This document shows, one piece after another, positions 10,059 through 19,863 of a stretch of DNA of 62,350 nucleotides; position 1 is the first letter of the stretch, and every line of letters starts with the position of its first letter. A model generated the notes under the pieces. That model was not told where the DNA came from and made no database searches. It saw only the letters and a list, made by a program, of their open reading frames with translations. This DNA is from Pirellulaceae bacterium. Its GTDB lineage: Bacteria; Planctomycetota; Planctomycetia; Pirellulales; Pirellulaceae. Where the stretch lies: assembly GCA_044371435.1 (NCBI GenBank), contig JBILTQ010000001.1, forward strand, positions 1 to 62,350, read 5' to 3'. A program made the translations under genes and the position numbers.

Positions 10059-10150
10059 TCGATGGGGGCGGAACGCCCAAGCGATGGCGGATCTTTGCTC
10101 GATCTAGTCCACCCTTCACTGTGTTCGATCCTCCTTGAAGGATTACCGTC

Positions 10151-11530
10151 ATGATCTTCGCCTTGAAGCTTCCGCTGGCGATGGTGTTGCTTGCTTGTCT
10201 AGCCGTTTTCACACCGGCCGCCCAGGAACCGCCGCGCGGCGCTCCATCGCCGAACGTGCTGATCTTTTACCTCGATGATATGGGATGGGGGCAACCGTCC
10301 TGTTACGGTGGTCGCCTCGTCCCGACCCCTGCCATGGATACCCTCGCGGCCCATGGCGTTCGCTTCACCGAAGGCTACTCTTCGGGCTGCATCTGCTCGC
10401 CAGGTCGAGTTGGCCTAATGACCGGGCGCTATCAGGCCCGTTCCGGTCACGACGCCAACGCCACCGGCCCAGGGCGTGAATTGGTGCTCAGCGAAAAAAT
10501 CATGCCCCAGTATTTCAAGGAAGCCGGCTATGCCACCGGCATCATCGGCAAATGGCATCTCGGGATGACCGCTCCCGAATATTTCCCCGCGGCCCGCGGT
10601 TTCGATATCGCCTTAGGAACAGTCGGCAACCTCGGCGAAGGTAAAGGGCCTGCCTTCTATCGCGGCGCGGAGCTTGCCAATGATTTCCCGGGTGCGCCGA
10701 TTACTTCCCCGCGCTACGCTGCCGAAGCTTGCCGCTTCCTCGAAGACCATCAGCAGCATCCTTTCCTGCTGTACCTCTCATTCAACGCTGTGCATTCACC
10801 GGTCGTCGCTTCCCCAAAGTGGCTCAGCCGTTTTGCCGAGCTCCCGGAACGAGAACAGGCTTATGCCGCCTTAGTGGCCGAAGCCGATGAAGCGATCGGA
10901 ACGGTCATGGACAAGCTGCGGGACTTGCATCTCGAAGAGAATACCTTGGTCTTCTGTATTTCCGATAATGGCGGGGCTTCGCCACTCGCAGAACAACTCG
11001 GCTTGCGCGGCCGCAAATGGACCGTCTGGGAGGGAGGTATTCGCGTGACCTGGATGGTACAGTGGAAGGGACACTTCCCACCCGGACGAATTGCCCACGA
11101 GCCGGTGATTCAGCTGGATGTCTTACCGACGATCCTCAAAGCGTGTGCCCCGGGTTCGTCGATACCCCAGGCATTGGATGGAGTGAACCTGCTCCCGCTC
11201 CTCGAAGGTAAGACCACTCAGGTCGACCGCCAGGCGTTATTCTTCCGTTTCGGGGTGCAGTACGCGATCCGTCAACGCGACTGGAAATTGGTGAAAGCTT
11301 CCCAGGCGATGCAGCCGATGCTGGTGAATCTCTCCCAGGATCCCAGCGAGACCACCGACCTGTCGACGTCCTATCCGGAAAAGACCGCCGAACTCCAGCG
11401 GCTGTGGGACCGATGGAACTCCGAGATGCTTCCGCCGCGCTGGGAAGATCGTCGCTGGAACGATGGCAACCTATCCCCTCCAGCCGAACGGAAGAAAGCC
11501 AAGCGACGCCAAGCAGCAAAACGAAAATAG
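10151..11530 (+). CDS. formylglycine-dependent sulfatase (arylsulfatase family), secreted
   Basis: It has a signal-like N-terminus, LIFYLDDMGWGQPSCYGG, and the CxPxR signature in SSGCICSPGRVGLMTGRY, followed by GKWHLG. These are typical sulfatase family motifs. Confidence 0.9.
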   Translation: MIFALKLPLAMVLLACLAVFTPAAQEPPRGAPSPNVLIFYLDDMGWGQPSCYGGRLVPTPAMDTLAAHGVRFTEGYSSGCICSPGRVGLMTGRYQARSGHDANATGPGRELVLSEKIMPQYFKEAGYATGIIGKWHLGMTAPEYFPAARGFDIALGTVGNLGEGKGPAFYRGAELANDFPGAPITSPRYAAEACRFLEDHQQHPFLLYLSFNAVHSPVVASPKWLSRFAELPEREQAYAALVAEADEAIGTVMDKLRDLHLEENTLVFCISDNGGASPLAEQLGLRGRKWTVWEGGIRVTWMVQWKGHFPPGRIAHEPVIQLDVLPTILKACAPGSSIPQALDGVNLLPLLEGKTTQVDRQALFFRFGVQYAIRQRDWKLVKASQAMQPMLVNLSQDPSETTDLSTSYPEKTAELQRLWDRWNSEMLPPRWEDRRWNDGNLSPPAERKKAKRRQAAKRK

Positions 11531-11603
11531 CCGTCTGGCCAGACCGACGACAAAACGCGACGAGCCAAGGCCGGGTCTTGCCTGTCTCCAGCCGAGCCCC
11601 CAT

Positions 11604-12473
11604 CTAGGCCACGAATTCAACTGCTTCCAAAACCTGAGCGGTGGCTTGGGATTTGTTCAAGACGTAAAAGTGAATCCCGGGAACTCCTCCTTCCAGCAAT
11701 TCCCGGACTTGTTGCTGGGCGAATTCCACCCCGACATCAAACTGCCACGACGGATCCTCGCTCTGACCAAGCTTGGTGATGAACTCGTCGGGCAGTGAGG
11801 CTTTGCACATGGAAGCGATCCGCTTGATCTGACCAAGATTGGTCACCGGCATCACTCCCGGCACGATCGGAATACGGATCCCGGCCTTGTCGCAGGCCTC
11901 TCGGAAGCGAAAAAAGTCAGCATTCTCATAGAAAAGCTGGGTGACAATCACGTCAGCCCCGCAGTCTACCTTCCGCTTGAGGTTAGCCAAATCAATCTCA
12001 AAGCTGGGAGCCTCCTGGTGGGTTTCAGGGTATCCGGCGACCGCGATACCAAAGCCCGGAAATTCGCTGCGAATCAACGTCACCAACTCGTTGGCATACC
12101 GCAAGCCTCCTGCGACCTGACGAAACTCGGTTTCGCCCTTCGGTGGATCCCCGCGCAGAGCGACGATGAAGTCAACGCCTTGAGCTTCCGCGTTCGCCAA
12201 ATAGGCGCGCAGCTGGTCGGTCGTGGAGCCAACACAGGTCAGGTGGCTGGCGACCGGCCGCCCGGTCTGCTCCTTGACGGCCATGGCGACCTGCATCGTC
12301 CGCTGCTGGGTCGACCCGCCAGCTCCGTAGGTGCAAGTAAAAAAATCGGGGGAAAATCGGCATAAATCCTCGACGGTCGCCAGCAACGGGGCGATCCCAT
12401 CTTCCGACTTGGGCGGAAAAAGCTCAAAAGATAACCCGCGCCGTGAACCATCGAAGAATCGTGATAAACTCAT
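11604..12473 (-). CDS. metF: methylenetetrahydrofolate reductase
   Basis: Motifs seen are LSFELFPPKS, FFTCTYGAGGST, HLTCVG, ALRGDPP and TQLFYE. The track start 12509 is TTG. The first ATG at 12473 (MSLSRFFDG) is preferred. Confidence 0.9.
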   Translation of the reverse strand: MSLSRFFDGSRRGLSFELFPPKSEDGIAPLLATVEDLCRFSPDFFTCTYGAGGSTQQRTMQVAMAVKEQTGRPVASHLTCVGSTTDQLRAYLANAEAQGVDFIVALRGDPPKGETEFRQVAGGLRYANELVTLIRSEFPGFGIAVAGYPETHQEAPSFEIDLANLKRKVDCGADVIVTQLFYENADFFRFREACDKAGIRIPIVPGVMPVTNLGQIKRIASMCKASLPDEFITKLGQSEDPSWQFDVGVEFAQQQVRELLEGGVPGIHFYVLNKSQATAQVLEAVEFVA

Positions 12474-12584
12474 AGGAACCCTTGGTGATGGACTGGTCGT
12501 CGCCAGCAAAAAACAGCCACCCGCGCAATCCTAACCCGCGGAAAATTAGTCTCGACAACGATTATAGTCTCCATTTTCTACGGA

Positions 12585-13148
12585 ATGAATCCACCCATGG
12601 CCGAACCCCTATTACGCCCGTTGGACGGGATCCGCGTCCTGTCTTTCGTCGAGGACATCTACGAAGATCTTGAACTCTGGTATCCCAAGCTGCGGCTGAT
12701 CGAGGCCGGGGCCGTGTGCGTGGTGGCGGGCCCGGAAGCCGATCGCCAATACCTTGGGAAACATGGTTATCCCTGCCTTTCCGAGGCCCGGATTGCCGAC
12801 TGCCGTGAGCCCGACTTCGATGGCCTGTTACTTCCCGGCGGTTTCATGCCGGACAAGCTGCGGCGAGCCCCCCAGGTAAAGCAGTTAATCCAAGCGTTTT
12901 CTGCCGCTGAGAAATGCGTGGCGGCCATTTGCCATGGGGGATGGATGGCTATCTCGGCCGGAGTCTATCGCGGCGTTAAGGTCACCGGTTCCTTGGGTAT
13001 CAAAGATGATCTTGAGAACGCAGGGGCGATTTGGGTCGATGCGCCGGTGGTCGTCGATCGGCATTTCGTGTCGAGCCGCAAACCCGACGACTTGCCGTTT
13101 TTCGCCGAGGCGATGATCCGGGTGATTTCGCAACAGTCGAAAAAGTAG
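12585..13148 (+). CDS. DJ-1/PfpI family protein (class I glutamine-amidotransferase-like fold)
   Basis: FDGLLLPGG and the nucleophile elbow AAICHGGWMAISAG are present, in a 187-aa protein. Confidence 0.85.
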   Translation: MNPPMAEPLLRPLDGIRVLSFVEDIYEDLELWYPKLRLIEAGAVCVVAGPEADRQYLGKHGYPCLSEARIADCREPDFDGLLLPGGFMPDKLRRAPQVKQLIQAFSAAEKCVAAICHGGWMAISAGVYRGVKVTGSLGIKDDLENAGAIWVDAPVVVDRHFVSSRKPDDLPFFAEAMIRVISQQSKK

Positions 13149-13155
13149 GTTGATC

Positions 13156-16100
13156 ATGAATCGTTATTGCCCCTGCGTTTTCCGACTGATGATGGTGATG
13201 GTCGTGGCCGGCGCAACGGAAGCGGCAGCCGTGGAGAATCAGCCGCCGCTTTACGATACCCAAGCCCTCGACCAACCGCGGACCGCGCCCGAAGAGACCG
13301 CTTCTACCGCCCGCCGTCCGCCGGGCTTTCAGCTGCAAGTGGCCGCCAAAGACCCGGATGTGCAACAACCCATCGGGATGTGCTGGGATGGCCGTGGACG
13401 CCTGTGGATCGCCGAGAACTACACCTACGCTGAAAAAGAACGGAACTTCGACGAGCAGCTCAACGATCGGATCATCATTCTCGAAGATATCGATCACGAC
13501 GGCATCTTCGATAAGCGGAAGGTGTTTTTCGACCGCTTGAAAAAGCTGACCAGCATAGAGATCGGGCACGGTGGCGTATGGGCCATGGCTCCACCGCATC
13601 TACTCTTCTTGCCCGACAAGGATCGCGATGATCTCCTCGATGGCCCGCCGCAAGTCATCTTGGATGGCTTTGAGCATCAAGCTATCCGCCACAATCTAGC
13701 CAATGGCTTGCGATGGGGTCCTGATGGCTGGCTTTATGGCCGTCATGGTATTCAAGCCATCTCCTCGGTCGGTGTGCCCGGATCCTCGGAACTCGACCGC
13801 CTCAAACTTTCCTGCGGGATTTGGCGATGGCACCCCCTTCGTCACCACCTTGAAATCGTCTGCGAAGGGACCACCAATCCTTGGGGACATGATTGGGACC
13901 AGCATGGTCAGCTGTTTTTTATCAATACTGTCATCGGTCACCTATGGCATGCCATTCCTGGTGCTCACCTGCAGCGGATGTATGGCGAAGATAGTGACTC
14001 GCGGGTCTATGAACTCTTGCCGCAGATTGCGGATCACTTCCATTTTGATAACGGCCATGAAAACTGGACCGCAATCCGTAAGTTAGGGGTCACTCCGGGT
14101 ACTGACCGGGCGGGGGGAGGCCATGCCCATAGTGGGATGATGATCTACCAAGGCCAGCAATGGCCGGAGGCTTACCGCGGCAAGCTTTTTACCCTGAATT
14201 ATCATGGCCGCCGGCTCAACGTCGATCGCCTGGACCGCGTTGGTGCCGGTTATGTTGGTCGTCACGAACCCGACCTGATTCACTTTCCTGATTTGTGGTT
14301 CCGCGGGATCGAGCTTACCACTGGCCCCGATGGAAGTGTCTATGTTCTGGATTGGTCGGATATCGGCGAGTGTCATGACAACGATGGAATCCATCGGCAT
14401 AGTGGAGTTGTCTATCGTATCAGCTATGGGCAGACCCCTCCTCCATCCGTGGCTATCGATCTCTACCGCCAGTCGGAATCGCAATTATTGCCTCAGATCC
14501 ATTCCCCCAACGCATGGATCGCTCGCCAGGCCCGCTTGCTGCTCGCCGAACGAGCCAGCCGTGGTGCAATCAGCGAAGATACTATCCACTCCTTGACGAA
14601 CCAGTTACAGGCAGCCCTCGACCCATTGCAGCGACTGGCAGCCATGTGGACCCTAGCCCACTGCCAGAAGCTTGACCAGACAATCCTGAATGAAGCCTTG
14701 AACGATCCTCACGAACATGTGCGCATCCAAGCTATTCAACTACTGGCAGACCCCACCTATTTCCCCGACGACATCACGCCCGCCCTGGCCAGTGTGATGG
14801 CTGAGGAGCCATCCGACCTGGTAGCCCTTCATGTGGCTAGCGCTCTGCAGCGCGTCCATGGAAGCCGCTGGTGGGAAATTATGGCCCAACTCACCCGGCG
14901 ACGGCACCTGGCCAACGATCGGGATTACCCGCTGCTGCTCTGGTATGCCTTGCGAAAACCCTTGATGGTCGAGCCCGAGGCTGGGCTGGGCTTGCTCCGA
15001 GAACTCGATCGAAAGTCGCCGGAGTCCTCCTCAGGTGGTAGCCGGCCACTTCCGTTTGCTGACAAGCTGGTGCGGTTTGCCGCCCGGCAATGGGCGAGCC
15101 AATTGCCGCGAGATCCTCAGCCGGTCAATCAACTGCTAAGGCTGGCCTCGACCGCTTCGCCTCTTTTCCAACACGAGGTTCTCCGCGGCCTGGACCTGGG
15201 ATTGCTTGGTCGGTCTAAGGTTGCGGCGCCAGCCAATTGGTCTCTCTTTGCCGAGAGCCTCTCCGGACAAGCACCCGCCGAAGCACAAGAACTCAGTTTG
15301 AGGTTAGGTACACTGTTCGGCGATGGCGTCGCAGCGGAGGGCTTAGCCGCAATCGTCGCGGACAAGCAAGCCTCGGCGGAGGCGCGGACCGTGGCCCTGC
15401 AGGCGATGGCCGAAAACCGGCTACCCGCTACCAAGAAACTGGCGTATTCCTTGATCAATGATCGCTTCCTCGGCCCAACAGCCATCACCTCCCTTTTGGC
15501 AGTCAGCGAGGTGGAGGATGCTCGGGAATTGCTGGAACTGCTCGCGAAACAACAACTATCCCCTGCCGCCAGGCATGCCTTGCTTCAAGCCCTGCCTAAT
15601 CATCGCGAATATCTTCCCTTGTTTTTTGAGGCTGTCGCCGATGGCACCATCCCGAAGCTGGAAGTCGAAGCCGCTACCTTGCGACAATTAAGATTGCTCG
15701 ATGATCCTAGCGTAAATCAACGCCTGGAAGAGCTCTGGCCAAGCTTACCTCTGCTCAATCGCCATCAAGTCCAGCGTATTCAGGAACTCGAAACCAAACT
15801 GAGTCCCGAGGTTCTAGCCAAGGCCCAGCTTGGCAAAGGTCGTACGACCTGGAACAAGCTCTGCGCATCTTGCCACCGACTTTATGGTCAAGGCGGTACG
15901 ATCGGTCCGGAACTGACCGGAGCGCAGCGTTCCAACCTTAGATATTTGACGGAAAATATTCTCGATCCAAGTGGCTCGGTGGCAGCCAACTACCGAGTCA
16001 GCCTGTTCCTCCAACGCGATGGTACTTTGCTGAGCGGCGTGGTCGTCGGCGAAGATGAAACCACCTTCAGCGTGCAAACCGTCAAGGAAAAAGTCGTCAT

Positions 16101-16239
16101 CGACAAGGGGATGATCGAGGAACGCAAGGATTCGACGCAATCACTCATGCCCGAAGGCTTACTCGATGCCCTGACGGACGAAGAACGTCGGGATCTGATC
16201 GGATACCTGATGGCCAGCCGCCAGGTCGCCGCCGACTGA
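13156..16239 (+). CDS. PVC-type heme-binding CxxCH protein (membrane-bound dehydrogenase-like domain, HEAT-like repeats, C-terminal cytochrome c)
   Basis: The N-terminal region GFQLQVAAKDPDVQQPIGMCWDGRGRLWIAENYTY is typical of this planctomycete/verrucomicrobial family. The C-terminus has CASCHRLYGQGGTIGPELTG followed by SLMPEGLL. The first ATG is at 13156, and the track start is TTG 13150. Confidence 0.8.
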   Translation: MNRYCPCVFRLMMVMVVAGATEAAAVENQPPLYDTQALDQPRTAPEETASTARRPPGFQLQVAAKDPDVQQPIGMCWDGRGRLWIAENYTYAEKERNFDEQLNDRIIILEDIDHDGIFDKRKVFFDRLKKLTSIEIGHGGVWAMAPPHLLFLPDKDRDDLLDGPPQVILDGFEHQAIRHNLANGLRWGPDGWLYGRHGIQAISSVGVPGSSELDRLKLSCGIWRWHPLRHHLEIVCEGTTNPWGHDWDQHGQLFFINTVIGHLWHAIPGAHLQRMYGEDSDSRVYELLPQIADHFHFDNGHENWTAIRKLGVTPGTDRAGGGHAHSGMMIYQGQQWPEAYRGKLFTLNYHGRRLNVDRLDRVGAGYVGRHEPDLIHFPDLWFRGIELTTGPDGSVYVLDWSDIGECHDNDGIHRHSGVVYRISYGQTPPPSVAIDLYRQSESQLLPQIHSPNAWIARQARLLLAERASRGAISEDTIHSLTNQLQAALDPLQRLAAMWTLAHCQKLDQTILNEALNDPHEHVRIQAIQLLADPTYFPDDITPALASVMAEEPSDLVALHVASALQRVHGSRWWEIMAQLTRRRHLANDRDYPLLLWYALRKPLMVEPEAGLGLLRELDRKSPESSSGGSRPLPFADKLVRFAARQWASQLPRDPQPVNQLLRLASTASPLFQHEVLRGLDLGLLGRSKVAAPANWSLFAESLSGQAPAEAQELSLRLGTLFGDGVAAEGLAAIVADKQASAEARTVALQAMAENRLPATKKLAYSLINDRFLGPTAITSLLAVSEVEDARELLELLAKQQLSPAARHALLQALPNHREYLPLFFEAVADGTIPKLEVEAATLRQLRLLDDPSVNQRLEELWPSLPLLNRHQVQRIQELETKLSPEVLAKAQLGKGRTTWNKLCASCHRLYGQGGTIGPELTGAQRSNLRYLTENILDPSGSVAANYRVSLFLQRDGTLLSGVVVGEDETTFSVQTVKEKVVIDKGMIEERKDSTQSLMPEGLLDALTDEERRDLIGYLMASRQVAAD

Positions 16240-16401
16240 TATTTTTTTCGAACTCGACTCGATGCATGGAGCATACCCGCCAGCGACTGGCCGACAGCAC
16301 CTCGATGATGAACGCTTTGGGATGGACGCTGGCCCTGATATTTTCGCTAGAAGGCCGTCGCGGTGAGTTGTGCCTGGATAGGATCCTCACTCTCCTGCCG
16401 A

Positions 16402-16436
16402 GACCCCCGCGATGTCGACAGCGTATTCGCGGGGTC
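16402..16436. other. GC-rich stem-loop (8 contiguous bp, 10 bp allowing one bulged C; 14-nt loop containing the palindrome TGTCGACA)
   Basis: CCCCGCGA (16405-16412) pairs with TCGCGGGG (16427-16434). The flanking GA/TC extends the stem past one bulged C. It lies in the 358-nt gap upstream of the methyltransferase gene. Confidence 0.5.
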
Positions 16437-16603
16437 CCGCCATGAACGATCCGCCATGAGAAGGTCCCGTCATTCAGCCTACCCCGCGCTCTCCAACCTC
16501 GGCCGCCGCTTGCCCAGTCGCTTGATGCCCAGCAGCCGATGAGTCAACTCGAAACGCGGCATGTCTCCTCCATTCTCTCAGCTCCTCCTTCCTCGATGTG
16601 TTT

Positions 16604-17359
16604 ATGAACTACCTTGAGCTAAAAACCCGGCTTGAAGAAATACCCTTCTGGTACCATCGGATTCAACTGCCGCACGGTTTGCAAACCTCTGGCATCAATC
16701 CCCTGAACGTCGAAGCTTACCAGATCCCGGAGGATCTAGCCGGCAAACGTGTGCTCGATGTCGGTGCCTGGGATGGATTCTGGACTTTCGCGGCGCTCCA
16801 ACGCGGCGCGGCGGAGGTAGTTGCCATCGACGATTTCTCCGACTTCCTCGGCCAGTCCGCCTTGGAACGACGGAGGAACTGGAAAAGCTTTGACCTTTGC
16901 CGCGAAGCCCTGGGCTATGACCAACAGCGCTGTCAGCGGTATGAGCTATCCATCTACGATCTCGATCCGAAAAAACTCGGTGGCACCTTCGATATCGTCT
17001 TCTTCTTCGGGACCCTCTATCACCTACGTCATCCCCTGCTGGGACTGGATCGCCTCAGTTCTGTCTGCCACGGCGAAATCTTCGTTGAATCGCAGATTTG
17101 CGACGACTACAGTGCCTATCGCGGTCTCGGCCAAGGCTATCCGGGGCGACAGATGGTCGCCGAGTTCTTTCCTACCCAGGAGTTGGCCGACAATCCCACC
17201 AACTGGTGGTCACCCAATCTTTATTGCTTGGCCGGCTGGCTCTATGCCGCCGGGTTTTCTCGAGACATTCGCGTCTGGAAACTGCTCGACCAACCCTCTC
17301 ATCTCGGTCATTGCCGCGGTTTTGCGCATGCCGCGAAACCTATGTTTACCGGCGGCTAA
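16604..17359 (+). CDS. class I SAM-dependent methyltransferase
   Basis: FWYHRIQLPHGLQTSG is followed by the SAM motif I GKRVLDVGAWDGFWTFAALQRGAAEVVAIDDF and by FDIVFFFGTLYHLRHP. The ATG is at 16604, and the track start is GTG 16598. Confidence 0.8.
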   Translation: MNYLELKTRLEEIPFWYHRIQLPHGLQTSGINPLNVEAYQIPEDLAGKRVLDVGAWDGFWTFAALQRGAAEVVAIDDFSDFLGQSALERRRNWKSFDLCREALGYDQQRCQRYELSIYDLDPKKLGGTFDIVFFFGTLYHLRHPLLGLDRLSSVCHGEIFVESQICDDYSAYRGLGQGYPGRQMVAEFFPTQELADNPTNWWSPNLYCLAGWLYAAGFSRDIRVWKLLDQPSHLGHCRGFAHAAKPMFTGG

Positions 17360-17430
17360 CTTGCCGTTAGCGCTCCGGTTTTGGGGTTGTATTTCCAACG
17401 GCTCCTGACCAAGCTTATCGCACGCCGTAC

Positions 17431-18405
17431 ATGACAACTCCGCTGTTTGGTTGGTCGCCGATGATGAGTTCCACCGCGCCGCAAAAAATCGAGGTCGATC
17501 TCGCGGTCGAGTTGGGCCGATTGCGATTGCCCAACCCTATCCTCACCGCCTCCGGCACCTTCGGTTATGCTCGCGAGATGGCTGGAATTGTCGACTTGCA
17601 ACGGTTGGGCGGGATCTTGCCGAAGACGATCACTCGCGACCCTCGACCAGGAAATCCACCCTGGCGGACCGTTGAAACCACGGCCGGGCTGCTGAACGCT
17701 ATCGGGCTGGACAATGATGGGATCGACTATTTCCTAACACACCACTGGCCTTACCTACAGAAACTAGGAACGTCGATCATTGTTAGTATCGCCGGTAAGT
17801 CCTGCGAAGATTTCCTTTACCTCGCCGAACGGATGAACGAAGCCCAAGGCGTAGCCGCTCTGGAACTGAATATTTCCTGTCCCAACGTCGCTGGTGGCAT
17901 CGATTTTGGTAGCGATCCTCAGCTGTGCTACCGGGTCGTGAACGGTATTCGTCGTATCAGCCGTTTCCCGATCCTAACCAAGCTCACACCGAACGTCACC
18001 TCGATTGCCACCATCGCTCAAGCGGCGGCTGAAGCTGGCACCGATGCCGTGAGTTGCATCAATACGGTTTTAGGGATGGCGATCGACTGGCGGCGTCGAC
18101 GTCCGATCCTCGCCAACAAATTCGGTGGGCTGAGCGGCCCGGCGATTAAGCCGATCGCCCTTCGTTGTGTGTATCAAATCGCTTCGCAGGTTCAAATCCC
18201 CATCATCGGTATCGGTGGTATTTCCACCATCGACGATGTCATGGAATTTGCCGCCGCCGGAGCCTCGGCAATCCAAGTCGGAACGGCGAATTATTTCGAT
18301 CCGACGATAAGCCAAAGATTAATCGCTGAGCTTCCGGAAGCTGTTAGTTCCCTCGGGCTCCATGCTTTCCGCGAAGCCGTTGCCACGGTCCACGACATCG
18401 CATGA
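17431..18405 (+). CDS. pyrD: dihydroorotate dehydrogenase, class 1 catalytic subunit
   Basis: Motifs seen are NPILTASGTFGY, LELNISCPNV, KLTPNV, GGLSGPAIKPIALR and IIGIGGISTIDDVMEFAAAGASAIQVGTA. Confidence 0.9.
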   Translation: MTTPLFGWSPMMSSTAPQKIEVDLAVELGRLRLPNPILTASGTFGYAREMAGIVDLQRLGGILPKTITRDPRPGNPPWRTVETTAGLLNAIGLDNDGIDYFLTHHWPYLQKLGTSIIVSIAGKSCEDFLYLAERMNEAQGVAALELNISCPNVAGGIDFGSDPQLCYRVVNGIRRISRFPILTKLTPNVTSIATIAQAAAEAGTDAVSCINTVLGMAIDWRRRRPILANKFGGLSGPAIKPIALRCVYQIASQVQIPIIGIGGISTIDDVMEFAAAGASAIQVGTANYFDPTISQRLIAELPEAVSSLGLHAFREAVATVHDIA

Positions 18406-18654
18406 ACGGACTGGATTGAAGTGGCTACGGAGCCTTCGCCGACCGCCTGCAGGATACCACCACCTTCAGCCGCCGGTCATCTCGATCGCTCCCGCATCCT
18501 ATCGCCCCTTATTCCCGAGGAATGCTCAGGCTCGGCGTTGGATTGCCGCGCGATTGACGATATCCTAAGGGGCGATGGTCGCGATGCGATCCCGTGGAGC
18601 CGGGCGGGCAATCCTGCGCACCCAGGCAACCGCCGCTGAGGGTATAGCCTTCAG

Positions 18655-18679
18655 GCTTTGGGGGATCATCCCCCAAAGC
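18655..18679. repeat. 25-nt perfect palindrome (12-bp arms around one C) centred on GATC
   Basis: GCTTTGGGGGAT-C-ATCCCCCAAAGC was read directly from the sequence. It lies inside the 480-nt non-coding gap between pyrD and trpS. Confidence 0.9.
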
Positions 18680-18885
18680 GAGCATGCCATCCCAAAGGCG
18701 GCTTGGCGATCCCGATGGCCCACCATAATCTAGGAGGTTGGGACTTTATTCCCAACTGACAGCAACGCTCCATCGGCTTAACCTTTAGCATCGTGATCAC
18801 CACACCCAGGCCGTGACTACCAGTCTCGGCGGGAATTTCGCTCCATTCATACAACATCCTACAGGCTTGCAACTCAGCCCCACTT

Positions 18886-19863
18886 ATGCGCGTACTATCA
18901 GGAATTCAACCGACTGGACGGTTTCATTGGGGAAACTACTTTGGAGCGATCCGCCAGTACATCCAGTTACAACATGAGCATGACGGTTATTACTTCATCG
19001 CCGATTTACATGCGCTGAACACTGTGCGCGATGCCGCTAGCTTGCGTGACCATGTCTTGGACGCGGCAATCGACCTCTTGGCTTTAGGACTTGATCCGAA
19101 GAAAGCCACCCTTTTCGTCCAATCGGAGGTACCCGAGGTTTGTCAGCTTTGCTGGTTATTGATGACTGGAACCCCGATGGGCCTGCTTGAACGTTGTCAT
19201 GCGTACAAAGATAAAAAGGCCAAAGGGCTCAATGCAAGCGCGGGTTTATTTACTTATCCGGTATTGATGGCTGCTGATATCCTCGCCTACGACGCCAATT
19301 GGGTACCCGTCGGTGAGGATCAATTGCAGCATATCGAGGTTTGCCGCGATCTCGCCCGTAGTTTCAATGCGCACTACGGTGAAGTTTTCATGATTCCCGA
19401 GGGGAAAATTGTCGAAGGGGCTGCCAAAGTACCGGGGATCGATGGCGAGAAGATGAGCAAAAGCTACGACAATACCTTGGCTATTTTCGAAGATCCGAAG
19501 GCTCAGCGAAAGAAGATCATGCGGATTGCGACCGATTCTCGCCCCATGGACCAGCCCAAAGAACCAGAGGGTGATACGCTCTTTGACCTGCTCAAGCTGG
19601 TCGGTACACCGACCGAGGTCGATGAAGTAGCCGCTATCTATCGGCGCGGGCAGTTTGGTTACGGCGATATCAAGAAGCGGCTGGCGGATGCGTCAGAGCG
19701 TTATTTTGCCGAAGCTCGTGATCGCCGAGCGGCCCTCGAGCAGAACTCGGAATTCGTCCTGCAGGTGTTAGCCGAAGGGGCTGACCGGGCGCGACAGGTA
19801 GCCGCCAAAGTCTTGTATCGGGCACAGCAAGCCTGCGGAACGTTGCGAGCGGCCAGCTCATGA
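18886..19863 (+). CDS. trpS: tryptophan--tRNA ligase
   Basis: MRVLSGIQPTGRFHWGNYFGAI provides the HIGH-type motif, and KMSKS is present in GIDGEKMSKSYDN. The protein is 325 aa. Confidence 0.92.
   Translation: MRVLSGIQPTGRFHWGNYFGAIRQYIQLQHEHDGYYFIADLHALNTVRDAASLRDHVLDAAIDLLALGLDPKKATLFVQSEVPEVCQLCWLLMTGTPMGLLERCHAYKDKKAKGLNASAGLFTYPVLMAADILAYDANWVPVGEDQLQHIEVCRDLARSFNAHYGEVFMIPEGKIVEGAAKVPGIDGEKMSKSYDNTLAIFEDPKAQRKKIMRIATDSRPMDQPKEPEGDTLFDLLKLVGTPTEVDEVAAIYRRGQFGYGDIKKRLADASERYFAEARDRRAALEQNSEFVLQVLAEGADRARQVAAKVLYRAQQACGTLRAASS

Noticed and set aside
16218-16250. An intrinsic terminator after the PVC-type heme-binding gene (the T7 run at 16243-16249).
   Set aside because: Only a 4-5-bp stem (GTCG-CCGC-CGAC) precedes the T-run. 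That is too weak to call.
18406-18885. A known leader or ncRNA class in the pyrD-trpS gap (T-box, RNase P, SRP RNA or tmRNA).
   Set aside because: By eye, I found no T-box consensus (GGGTGGTACCGCG-like), no RNase P GAGGAAAGTCC-like box, and no SRP GGAAGCAGCC-like motif on either strand. I kept the gap only as an unclassified candidate, and a covariance-model search is needed.
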